Shown here: positions 38,010 through 50,279 of the stretch, in pieces
Layout: each line of letters starts with the position of its first letter
Position numbering within the stretch: the stretch's first letter is position 1
Assembly: GCF_004010195.1 (NCBI RefSeq)
Contig: NC_057759.1
Location: 4,928,657-4,992,656 of the forward strand
Length of the DNA stretch: 64,000 nucleotides
Source: Chiloscyllium plagiosum
Lineage: Eukaryota
Direction of reading: 5' to 3'
The notes under the pieces: model-generated
Told to the model about the DNA's origin: nothing
Databases searched by the model: none
The model's input: only the letters and a program-made list of their open reading frames with translations
Position numbers and translations under genes: made by a program

Positions 38010-38920
38010 CAAATTGTAGGAGGCGTAGATGGTAAGTTTGCAGATGACACCAAAAGTGAAGGTGTAATGGAAAACGAAGAAGATTACCTCAGAGTACAAT
38101 TAAATCTTGATCAGATGGGCCAATGGGCTAAGGAGTGGCAGATGGAGATTAATTTAGGTAAATGTGAAATGCTGCATTTTGGAAAGGCAAATCAGAGCAG
38201 GACTCATGCACTTATTGGTAAGTTCCTAGGGCGTGCTGCTGAACAAAGAGACATTGGTTCAGCGATCCTTGAATGTGGAGTCACAGATAGAATAGTGAAT
38301 AAGGGATTTGGTGTGCTTTCCTTTAGTGGTGGAGCATTGAGTATAGGAGTTCGAAGACCATGTTGCGGCTGTACAGGATATTAATTAGGCCACTTTTGGA
38401 ATATTGCGTGCGATTCCTGTCTCCCTCCTATCAGAAGGATTTTGTGAAACTTGTAAAGGTTCAGAAAAGATTTAAAAGCATGTTGCCAGAATTGAAGGAT
38501 ATAAGCAATAGTGAGAGCTTGGTTAGGCTGGGATTGTTTTCCCTAGAGCATTGGAGGCTGAGGGGTGACCTTATGGAGATTAGTAAAACCATGAGGGGCA
38601 TGGATAGAATAAATAAATAAGGTCTTTTCCCAGGCGTGGGGAGTCCAGACTAGAGGGCATAGATTTAGGTTGGGAGAGGAAAGATTTAAAAGGGATCTAA
38701 GGGATAGCATTTTCATAAAGTGGGTGATGCATTTATGGAATGATCTGCCAGAGCAAGTGGTGGAGGCTGGTACAATTACAGCATTTAAAAGGCATATGGA
38801 TGGGTGTATGAATAGGGAGGGTTTAGAGGGATATGGGCCAAGTGATGGCAAAGGGACTAGATTAGGTTAGGATATATGGTTGTCATGGGCGAGTTGGACT
38901 ACATGGTCTGTTTACATGCT
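38010..38920 (+). mobile_element. CR1/HER1 LINE 3' fragment
   Basis: KFADDTK and LEYCVRFLSP; HER1-type tail. Confidence 0.85.
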
Positions 38921-39610
38921 GGATGTGAATAATTTCAAGAAAGAAAAGAAAATCAAGCATGATGCTCGGTGCAGAATTGAGGAAATCACTCCCTCTTTGA
39001 CTGTATTGATTTAAACAAAACTGTCTTAGGCTCCAAATAACTCTTCCGTGCTGCATGATACTGCAGTGACGTTACAATCTATAATTCCACACTCGCTACA
39101 CTGGAAGTGGTGAGGTTGGGGAGGATGACAGTAACCATTGCCACTGTGTGTTTGTTTGTGTGTGTGTGTGTGCGTGTGTGTGTGGACTAATTTCCACTGT
39201 CAGACAAAGCTAATTTGTGTATTTCTCAGCGCTAAATGCCACCTCAAAGTTTGGAACTTGTGCCAGGGCATTTTTCTCCCTCTCAGCTGTAGGCAACAGG
39301 CAATGGCAACAGGATCATCACTTAATTGTGGGTATCCCATAGGTGTTGAGATGTTGCCACCAATGAGACATTCCTTCTGTCGAGAGTGACAAGTGTTGAA
39401 TGTTGCACAGTGTCCTCACACTTCTTAAAAAAAAGTTTCCATACACAGCTTTGCCTCTTGCACACTGCGGAGTGAGATGCAAGTCCAAGAAGCACTGATA
39501 TGTACCCATCTGTAAACAAATACGGTTTTAATTCTTTGTACATTTTCTTTTAATTTGTTGCAACTGCAACAGTGCTTTGATGCATCTTGTGAGAAAAAAA
39601 CTCTACTGTG
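38921..39610 (+). repeat. Inverted paralogous block, partner of 17745-18380
   Basis: Same anchors in collinear order, including a TG/CA microsatellite at the equivalent position. Confidence 0.85.
39287..39342 (+). CDS. Putative terminal coding exon of an unidentified gene (copy 2): xVGNRQWQQDHHLIVGIP*
   Basis: Acceptor tttttctccctctcAG; aligns without gaps to 18064-18009 (minus); ATTAAA at ~39621 downstream. Confidence 0.5.
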
Positions 39611-40151
39611 TTGGTGTGAGATTAAAACTGTAAAGAGAAGACAATGTCCAAACAAAGAAATTGTGTTCAAAGTTTGTCATATGATTTACACACTCTGTAT
39701 AGGAGAGGCGATTGGAGAAGCTGCGAGCTGCAAGACTGTTTCTTTCCTGGGAAGCATCCACACCTATTTGTCTTCTTGACAAGGGGTGTTAAGTGAAAAC
39801 TTATCTGGATTCTTCCATTCCACCAAAACAGCGTTGCAAACAACTCAGAAATTGATTTATCATGTATTTCAATTCTTACACAAATTCGATAGGAAGCAGT
39901 GTCAGATGGCATAGCCTTCAGTATATTGGTCGATTGGTATTTCAACAGTGTTGCTGTACTGAATTCATGGTTATCGAATTAATGCATTCTTTTACTTTTG
40001 TGGTTTGAACTTGCTTTTACGTCAATCTCACTGGCGGTATCTCCATTCTTGGCATTATATTCGGCAACATAATCCGTGCAATTAATAATTGAACTTTTAT
40101 TCTCCAATGGGTAGATATATGAAGATAAGGAAGCAGGTCATGCACATTAAA

Positions 40152-40304
40152 TTAGGGCTCAGGAATTAGTGCAATTTTGACAGATGTGCATTCCCTTGTG
40201 AAAAATGACGTGAGACATTTTAAGCAGCAAATGTCATATTTCACAAGGGAATGCACATCTGTCAAAATTGCACTATTTCATTAACACTAATTCCTGAGCC
40301 CTAA
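40152..40304. repeat. Long fold-back inverted repeat
   Basis: 43-bp stem with one mismatch (40167-40209/40233-40275), 23-nt loop, 14-nt bulge, and a further 15-bp perfect stem. Confidence 0.95.
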
Positions 40305-41505
40305 ACTCTGTTTAACCATCTATCCATTTTCAGAGGCGTTATTTCTCCAACTGAATTCCAACTTACTTGGAGTTTGCAAGTAATAAAATAAAAGTTGTCA
40401 TGCTACTTTTCCAGGCCAGAGTTAAATAAAAATACATTGAAGCTGTCAGTTATAGAAACGTTAACATGTCTGATATCTTCATTGGACATATTTGCTTCTA
40501 TGAGACTTCGCAAAATCAAGTCAAAGAGTTATCGAATCATGCAGTATGGAATCAGACCCTTTTATAGACTTAGAATCCTACAGCATGGAGACAGGCTCTT
40601 TCGTCCAAACTGGTCCATGCCAATCAAAATGTCATTCCATGCTCACCCTATTTCCCTGCACTTGACCCATATTCTTCTAATCTTTCCTCTTCACGTATTT
40701 GGCCAAATGCTTCTTTACATATTAATAATGTAACCACCTCAAACACTTCCACTGGTAGTTTAAGGCTCGAGGGGAACGAATGAAAAGAGACTGAGGGCAA
40801 CTTTTTTTTATTTTAGACAGAGGGTTACTAAACTAGAAAGAGTGCGCAAGAAGTTTACAAGGATATTGCCTGGACTCAATGGTCTGAGTTATAGCGAGAA
40901 GTTGGACAAGCTAGATATTTTTTTTTCTCTCAAGCTTAGAAGACTGAGGGGGGAATCTTCTCGGAGTGCATAAGATCATGAAAGGCATGGATAGGGTGAA
41001 TATACTCAGTGTTGCCCCCAGGGTTGGGGGATCGAGGACGAGAGGCCATCAGTTTATGGTTAGAGAGAAAGAGTAAAAAGGGAATCTTAGGGGGCAAGTA
41101 TTTTTATGCAGAAGCTAGTACGTGGTATGCATATGGAAGTTATTGAGGCAGGTCCACTAACAAGATTTAAAAGGCAAATGGATAAATACTCGGATAGGAA
41201 AAGGTTCGAAGAATATGAGCCAAGAGTAGGGAAAAGAGGTTTGCTTGGACAGGCATTTTGGTCGGCATGGACCAGTTTGTTCCAAAGGGCCTGCCTCAGT
41301 GCGGTAGATCTATTGATGATAAGAAAGGATGTCATGCACATTAAAGCCAGGCTCAGGAATTAGTGTTAATGAAATAGTGCAATTTTGACGGCTGTACACT
41401 CTCTTGTGAAAAATGACGTGAAACATTTTAAGCTGCAAATGTCATATCGATCTCTCTGTTGAAGGAATATGACACTTTTATCTTTGTCTAGTTTCTTTGC
41501 CCCGT

Positions 41506-42428
41506 CTTATGGTGATTGGAACAATGTCAGGAGGTGAATCGCATAGAATATAAGTTCTCCGATCGGGCCTTTTGCTGGTGCTCTCAGTGTCACCTGGCTG
41601 ACAGATATAAGCAGGAATGTCAGGGGCTTTGTTCTCTCTTGCAGCTGGCTAAGTGCTAGCTGGGTCAGTGACATGTACAATGCATGTGTAACTAAAAGGG
41701 AACTTGCCAATGTGATACCGGCCTTTGTGGAGGTATTTCGTGGGTATAACAGAAAAAAGACATGCCACTTAAGCGATTCAATCATAACAGTCGTCTTTGA
41801 ATTGGGGTAAACATTTCTGGTATCATTTGAGAAGCTTGACTCCCTCCATCCTACTGAGGACGTATGTGGAAAGAATCCATTATGTTTATCTGGGCAAATG
41901 ACATTGGGGCAGACAAAAGCAAAAAATAATTCTCCTGACAGTATGTGGACCCTCCCACTCCATCACGTATTGAAGATGCTTTCGAATAGAAGATACACAT
42001 AGCAGATATCACTGCCTCGAAAATCTTTCTGCCTGAAGTGGAGAATGAATTTCTTCGAACATCCTTCGGGCACAAGATGTAAGGTACTGTGCATTACTCA
42101 GCAAACCATATCAAACACAAAGTTGAAGGAACTTGACCGGCTGTTGAAACGCCCCAAGAGGAGCTACAGGGGAAAAGAAAAAGCCAGTCTATGTCCTCGG
42201 ACGCAGGCGGAGATTAGCTAGGTGAACTTCACAGAATAAGAGTTCCCTGATTGGGGCTGTTCACTTGGTCCAACAGGAAGCCTTGGCTGATAGATACAAA
42301 CATGAGTGGCAGGGTTTTTGCTCGATCTGAGAGCTGACTCCGAGGGACCTAAAACAGAGTCAAGGATTTTTCAGGAATAAACAAAGGGTGAAATTGGTGG
42401 AGGGATACCGGCCTTTGTGGAATTATTT
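41506..42428 (+). mobile_element. Internally deleted Gypsy-type element with two LTRs
   Basis: Both LTR ends share gataccggcctttgtgga..tattt (41725-41738 and 42405-42428). Gag-like start (FEKLDS...YVERI...ANDIGADK). The 3' internal part resembles 12200-12280 (minus). Confidence 0.65.
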
Positions 42429-43996
42429 GTCCCTTGTTTTTAACTCTTCGGCGAAGGGGGACAGCTGCTTCCTATTACCCGATCCATGTCCCTCATACTC
42501 TTATACAAATGTATCAGGTTCCCCATAACCTTCGCAGCTCGAAAGAAAACAAGCCAAACTTGTCCAGCCTCTTAACACTACTGAAATGCTCCATCTCAGG
42601 CAACATAATGGGGAATCTCCTCTGCACCCCCTCCAGTGCATTCACTTTCATCCTATAGTATGGAAACTGGCACTGCACACAGTCCTCCAGCTGTGGCCTC
42701 CTCAAAGTTCTGTCCAGCTCCAACATCACCTCACTACTCTTATAATCTGTGTCTTAAATGATATAGGAAATTGTCCCTTCTGCTTTCTTAAGGCCCTATG
42801 AACCAGTCCTGCCACCTTCAGGGCTCTATGGGCCATCATGCCAAGAACCCTTCGTTCCTCTGAGCTTCCGAGTGTCAGGCCATTAAATTCACTGATCTCT
42901 GAATCTGGGATTGCCAATGTTGTAAAACAGCATTTTATTCGCTCATGCATACACCTTCATAATCTGAATGAATGGACTGGGAGGTTTCTAACACCTTGAT
43001 TGTGGAGAGATGGAGAAGTATTGGAGGCAGTTCAGAGAGGTTCGCTAGATTGCTTCCAGAGGTGAAGGTTTTATCTTTGGAAGAGAGATCGAGCATTTTA
43101 GGCCAGTATTTTCTGAAGTTACGAGAACGGCAGGAGATCTAACAGTAGGATTTAACATGATAAAGAAGGGTTGACAAAGGAAACAGAGAAATGATGTTTC
43201 CTCATGTGAGCCAATCTAGAATAAAAGTGTCATTTTTTCATAAGAAGGGGGTTTGACAAATTTGCAAATTGAGATGAGAAGGAACGATCCCCTTTCACAC
43301 TAAGAGATGGACGCAGTGGGGTGGGGAAATCAGAGGAATGCATTTAAGGTGAGGTGAAAGCGGAAGAATGTACGGTGGATGGGGAAATGAAGAAGAAATG
43401 TATCCACTGAACAAGGGATTTGGGTCTGGAGTGCACACCTTTGGAAATGTGTGGCAGAGGCCTGCGCAATTTGAGAATACAAGACAGACTGGGTGTCGAA
43501 TAGAAGTGGGCGGTGCAGGGACCAAGCAGTTGTGGGGGAGAATGGGTGGTCGATAATTGAGCCCTTTGGGCTAATACAGGTGCGACGAGCTGAACGACCT
43601 TCTGCTGTCCCGACACGTCTGGGCCTCCGTCATTCGGCCTCCTGGGGCCTGTTCTCCGAACAGGATGCTCTGGTATCAGACATCCCACGGTCGAATCCTC
43701 GGGGGTAAGGGTTTGGAGCACTTTCCACCTCCTATTGACATTTGTCAGATTTTAATATTGGCATCTTCCCATCTCAAAAGAGGGGAGAGAGATATAAACG
43801 GGCGATATGGACACTCCGATGGAACAATTCTGTGATCTTTCCATTTCCACTAGGCCTTTACTACTCTTTACATCATAACAAACATGCTGATTAGGGAAGG
43901 GAAATTCTAGCATTCTTATCTTTCAAGACTTCTGGTAAAACGTACTCACCACTTCCCCATTCTGTTTAACAATTCATAAATGTCTGAGCAAACTTC

Positions 43997-45293
43997 TGTT
44001 ATGGATCAGACAACATCCCCAATATATTATGTACATAGCCCAGGCCCTAACTCTTTTTTGTAAGTATTTTTAGAAAATCAAGTGTAAGGAGTTCTGTTCC
44101 AGATACGCTTGACTTCATCAATCTTAGCATTGAGAGCAGAGTTCCGACGTCATGTTACTGTTGTACAAGACATTGGTGAGGCACTATTTGTGGAGTACTG
44201 TATACAGTTGTAGTTGTCCTGCTATAGGAAAGATGTTATTAAACTGAAAGGGTGCAGAAAGGATTTACAAGGATGATACTGGGATTGGAAGGTTTAAGTG
44301 ATAAGGAGAAGTTCGAAATGCTGTTTTTTTTTCCCCTGGAGCGTTGGCGACTTTAAAATGATTTATAAGATAATGAGGGTCATTGATAAAATGAATACCC
44401 AAGGACTTTTTTTTTTACCCAAGGTAGGGGAGTCCAACACTAGAAGGCGTAGGTTTAAGTTGAGAGGGGAAAGATTTAGAAGGCAACTGAGGGACAATTT
44501 TTCAAGCAGAGGGTTGTAACAGGCTGCCAGAGGAAGTAGTAAAGGTGGTTATCACTGCTACACTTAAAAGAAATTCGGGCAGGTACATGAGTAAGAACGG
44601 TTGAGAGGAATGTGAACTAAATGCAAGTAAATGGAACTAGTTTAGGTTGGGGAACCTGGCCAGCATGGACGAATTGGGCCAAAGGATCTGTTTCTGTGCT
44701 GTTTGATTCTTTGATTTGATGCGCTGGTAAGCTTCAACCAAAGCACACTTTATTCTGACAGCACTGTTAAAATATAACAGAAAGAAGAATTGGTATAAAT
44801 TTACTCTTTCAAAATGCTGAACATGATGAAGTATTATTTAAGAACTAGTCATCAAATTTTGCAAAGTACGCATCATTGCATAAACACACGATTGGGCAAA
44901 AAATACAATTCAACAACACAGCGATGCTTCTCACAAACTGCCTCTCTCTAGTCCAGGAGAAAGCAAAAATCATCCTGTTTTGATTTTCAAGAGGGACCCT
45001 CGCTGCCTAACACTTCATTCTAACAGCAGACAGCTCAAGCTTTTATCTCAGCAGCCAGCCAGTAGAAATCTTCAACTAACTGAAAACAAAACTAAAAACT
45101 TTCCTGGATCTGTGTGAGCCTGATTCTGCCCGGTCATATTGCTTTTTTGTCTAACGTTTAAACAAAACACTCAGAGCGAACTCGAAAGCCGTTTTCCAAC
45201 TGTCTGTTTGCTGGAGACATTTTGTCACCACTGCAACAATGCCTCTCTGCAAGAAAAACAACATACCTCTCTTAAAGCCACAGTACTGTCGCA
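43997..45293. mobile_element. Probable solo LTR of a related family, split by a CR1 3' fragment (~44125-44715)
   Basis: Starts tgttatgg...agcccaggccctaact like 19374; CR1 tail inside. Confidence 0.45.
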
Positions 45294-45998
45294 CTATTGA
45301 CTTGTAAATATCCCTTTCTGTGATTTCAGACATGCGAGAGAGGATTTGTTGACTGAGACTGAGAGAGAAAGAGTGATGGGCAATGTCTGGATTGGTTTCA
45401 GAGGGACTGCTCAGTCTGAGGGATTTGAGAGCAATTGGAGATGTAGCCGTTGCTTTGGAAGGCAGGTCCAGAGAAGGTTCACTCGGCTGATCCCAGGTAC
45501 GGACGGACTACCTGATGAGGGAGAGTTTTAGTAGGTTGGACTGTCCTCATGGAATTTATAAGAATGAGAGGTGACATTATTGAACGTTCTTAGAGGGACC
45601 TAATAAAAGAGATGGGAAGTGAGATTATTTCTGTGTTTGAGAGTTTAGGAGCAAAGGGGCATCATCTCAGAATAATGTGGGATGCACACATTGAAGGCAG
45701 AGATGAGCCGGTATTCCTTCTGTCGGAGGGTAGCAAATCTCTGGAATTCTTTACTGCAGAGGGCTGTTGAGGCTGCGTTGTTGAATATATTGAAGACTGA
45801 GATTTTGAACTAGGAAGGGGAATGGAAGATGATGGTGGGGAGAAAGGTACTGGTGACTGAGCCCCACCCGATCTCTCACAGACTCTTTGGCCAAGTCTAC
45901 TACACCCCCGCTCCCCTGCCACCAGCGGAAACATACTATTAGGAAACAGCAGACTGCGTCACTGACTGAATACAGCCCCGTTCGGACAGGGCACTGCG

Positions 45999-46029
45999 AT
46001 GGAGATCTTTTCTGCTCTCCTACTGTTCG
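45999..46029 (+). pseudogene. S1 signal-peptide segment of gene B with inactivated donor
   Basis: ATG GAG ATC TTT TCT GCT CTC CTA CTG TTC G (31 nt, MEIFSALLLF) followed by TTAAGT instead of GTAAGT. Confidence 0.65.
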
Positions 46030-46106
46030 TTAAGTACCATCGGCTTTTTCCTCTCCCTCTCTTTCCTCTCTCTCAGTCTCTCTCTCTCTACCTCTCTCCC
46101 CCTCTC

Positions 46107-46138
<32 letters not shown>

Positions 46139-47859
46139 GACCTCACACATAGAGAAACAAACACAAACACTCAGACGCAAACACACAAACTCTCACCCTC
46201 TCTCACATCTCTCTCACACACTGTCTCATACACACTCCCATAGTTTCTCTCTCACACTCTCAAACACTGTCTCTCCCTCTCACGCTCGCACACTCTCTCG
46301 CACACACAGATACACTCTGGCTTATGCCAGAGAGAGAAGGTGCAAGAAAAAGAACATGTGTGAGAGAATAATTCTGTGGAAAGCCCCTCTGCTTTTCTTT
46401 GCCAGGTTCTTCCGACAGTGAGAGTGAATGGGATAAAGAGATGCTGGGCAATCTTGCAGGGGCCATTCACTACTTTCTGTTAAGTTACTTGAATTTTGTC
46501 GAACACGACTATATTCACTGACCTTTGCAAATATGTTGCGCGTGACAGAACTTGACATGCAAATCTAGACACAAGTGATTTGTATTTTTAGTGCACAAGT
46601 TTAGAAATGTTCCTTTGTGTGACAGTGAGAGGAGGAGAAATAATCAAACGAGAGAGTGTGGGGAAAAGATTCGTGGGTGGGAGAGAGTGAGGCAGTGAGT
46701 CTAAGAGAGAATGTTTGGCGGAGAATGTTCCTAAGAGAGAGCATATGAGTGTGAAAGGGCGATTATCGCTATGTGAGAGAGTTTCTGAGACAGACTGTGT
46801 GAGATGAGAAAATGATATGTTTGTTTTTGTGTTTTTCAGAATGTAAGTCAATCACTCAGTCAGATAGTGAGTCAGTTATTCCCACTGACCTATCACAACT
46901 ATCACACACCCGCATCCACCTATCGCCTTGCCAGCTACCTTCCCCCCAGCTCCTCCACCACCCCTTTATTTATCTCTCGATCTCCTTCCCCTTCCACATT
47001 TCTGATGAAGGAATTATGCCTGAAATTTCGACTCTTCTGCTCCTGGAATGCTGCCTGAACTGCTGTGCTTTTCCAGCACCACACTTTTCGACTCTGATCT
47101 CCTGAATCTGTAGTCCTCTCTTTCTCCCAGTCAGCAGCCAGGAAGTCACTTAGGCAGTCAGACAGTCACTCAATTACGTCTTCATTCAGTCACTCAGTCA
47201 TTAAGTCAGTGAATCACTGCTTCAGTCAGTCAATCATTCAGACGGTTTGCTCAGTCATTCGACGATGGACACAGAACTCCAGTCTGCAATTCGAAACTCA
47301 CCATGGCAGTGATTAAAATTTGAATTCATTTAAAAATAAAACTGTATTCCAAAAAAAACCTGACCTAATAGAAATCAATGTCAAATGTCTGGAAAACCCA
47401 AACTGGTTCATAAAACGTCTTTCACGGAAAGAATCTGCCATCTTTATCTGGTCTGGTCTTCATGTGACTCCAGATCACCAGAAATGTGGTTGACTCTTAA
47501 CCATTCTCTGGGCAATTATCGCGGGGAAATATATGCTCGTGCAACGGACAATGCCCATGTCCTGTGAATGCATAAGAAGAGAGTACGTGTTTGTGAGTGT
47601 GCATTTGTTGGTGTGCGTCCGTGAATGCATTTGTGTGATGGAATTTTAGAATTCAGTAAACAACGATAAAAAATTATGATCAAGACTGTGAAAACAGGGA
47701 ATGAGCTTCAAATTGCAGGGAACATTAAAAAAAACTGGCTGCACACGTTTCTGGAAGCACATGATGACAATCCGGAAGATATTATAATGGCAGAAGATTT
47801 GATTACATAATTTGATTATGTCTTTTCAAAAGAGAGAAAATTATCTTCCTAGAAAATGT

Positions 47860-49960
47860 TACTGAACCAAAGTCTATTAAGAGGGCGGAGATGAAGGAAA
47901 TCAGTAATAGTATGGAAATGCTGTTGACGAAATTGATTGGATTGAAGGCTGTTAAATCAACAGTGACTGATGATTGACATTTCCACGTCCTTAAGGATGT
48001 ACACCTTAGATAAAATAAAGGCATTGTTGGTTATGTTCTAAGATTCTATAGACTCTGGACCAGTTCCCCCATATTGAAGGGGAGCTAATGCAATGTCTTT
48101 GTTAAAAAAGGAAGCAGAAAGACAAAAACAGAGTATTACAGAAAAGATACCTGGACATCAGTTAGTTGGAGAAGTGCTGGAATCAATTACAACAGAACGC
48201 TTAGAATTGGACAAAGCCAGAATGGGTTTATGGAAGACAAATTGCTTGTTAATAAATTGACTGGCATTTTCTAAGCGTTGGTGGATAGATGAGGGAGAAC
48301 CACTAGATGTTGGATAATTAGTTTTTCATAAGACATTTGACAGGAGGTCCGTGTGCAAAGTGAAATCACAGGAGTGTGAGGGTAGTATATTGATGTGAAT
48401 TGAGAATTGACAGACAGGAAACTTTGGGAATAAATGGGTAATTTACCCAACAGGTACACAGTGACTAGTGGGATACAATAGGAATCAGCACTTGGACCCC
48501 AGTCACTCCTAATACATATTAACGACCTGGATGAGAGAGCGAAATGCAACAGTTCCATGTTTGGTTATAACACAAAACTTGGCAGGATTGTGAGGAGGGT
48601 GCAAAGGAGGAGATTTGGGCAAACTGAGTGAGTCCAATGTACCAAATAACCCCACTACCCTGTGGCCAACCACTTCAACTCTCCCTCACACTCCCACAAG
48701 GACATGCGAATCTTGGGCCTCCTTCACAACCAAAGTTAATCCACTCGCCAGCTGGAGGAGCTACACCTTATCTTCCACCTCAGGATCCTCCAACCACCCG
48801 GCATCTACGTTAACTTCACCATTTTCCAAATCTCCCCACCACCCACCTCATCCTACATCCAAACTTCTAACTTAGCACTGTCCTCTTGACCTGGCCTACC
48901 TGCCCATCTTGCTTTCCACCTATCCGCTCCACCCACCCCACCATCTTATCACAATCACCTCCAACTTGTATCCAGTATCGCTTTCCCAGCTAGCTTCCCC
49001 CAGCCCCACTCCTAACACCTACTTATCTCTCAGCGCCTTTTCCAATTCCAAATTCCTGATGAAGGGCTTATTTCCGAAATTATGACTCTCCTGTTCCTCA
49101 GATGCTGCCTGACCTGTTGTGCCTTTTCCAACGCCACCCGTTTCAACTCTGACTCTCCAAAAACTGCAGTCCTCGCTTACTCAAAATTGAGTTAGTAAGT
49201 GAAACAAACACATGGTAGATGCAGCACAACGTGGCTAAATGTGGAGATATACACTTCAGATGTGAAAAAACAGACACCATTTATGATTGAAATAACATAC
49301 TGGGCACTGCGGTTGTACAAAGAATGTCGACTAAAGTAGATATGCAGGTGCAGCAAGTAACCAGGAAGGCATATGGGACGCTAGCCTTCATTGCAAGATG
49401 ATTGGAGTTCAGAAGTTGGGATGCATTACTGCAGTTATATAGGGTGTGGTGAGACCATATTCTGGAGTATTGCGTGCAGTTTTGGTCTCCCTACTTCAGA
49501 AAAGATAATCTTTCCAGAGGGAGAGTACATTAGAAGTTCACTAGGCTGATACCAGGAAGGCAGGACTGCCTATAAGGAGAGATTGGTTCGACTGGGACAT
49601 ACATTCACGAGAGTTTAGAAGGGGAACTGGGGATCAGATTGAAAATTTGACGAAGACTTGACAGATTAGATGTGCAGAGCATGGTTATAGGGAGTCTGGA
49701 TCCAGGGAGGAGCAGTTTAGTGATGATGGGGTCGGGCAGAAATGATAAGTAACTTCGCCCATAGGGGAGTTAGCCTGTGGAACTGTTTACTATGGAAGGA
49801 TGCGTAGTGTGAATCACAAATAAATATGGGGGGGAGAAATAATTGTCTAGATTTGAAAGGAACCAAGTGGAGTGAAAACAAAACGGGCAATACAGCTTTG
49901 AGATACAGGATCAGCCATGATTTTATTGAATAGTACAGCAGGCTTGAGCAGCCGAATGGA
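47860..49960 (+). mobile_element. Old CR1-clade LINE with a nested Penelope-like insertion (~48630-49180)
   Basis: Degenerate RT motifs on both sides of a GIY-YIG-end/terminal-repeat segment. Confidence 0.7.
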
Positions 49961-50279
49961 CGCTTAGAACTCAATCTCATTAGTACTTGACGGGGCTTTT
50001 TAAAACATTAATTCACAGAATGCGGGCATTGCTGGCTTTGCCCAGCATTAATTGTCCTCCTTTTTATTTCATATTTTTATAGAATTCAATATTCGTTCTC
50101 CGCCCACAGTGTTAAATCAATCCATACCCCTGGAACATTTTTCTCCTCTCTCTTTCTCTTTTTTCTGTACCATTTCCCTTTCCCATATCTCTCATTTTCC
50201 GCCTTTCTCATTCTGTTTCACCACTCGATCTCCGCTCTCTTTATCTTGCTCTGACTCTCACTCTCTTTATCCAACCTGA

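Noticed and set aside
45999..46421. 140-aa ORF starting at gene B's ATG
   Set aside because: Only the first 10 codons are leader; the rest is read-through into CT/CA-rich intron past the mutated donor.
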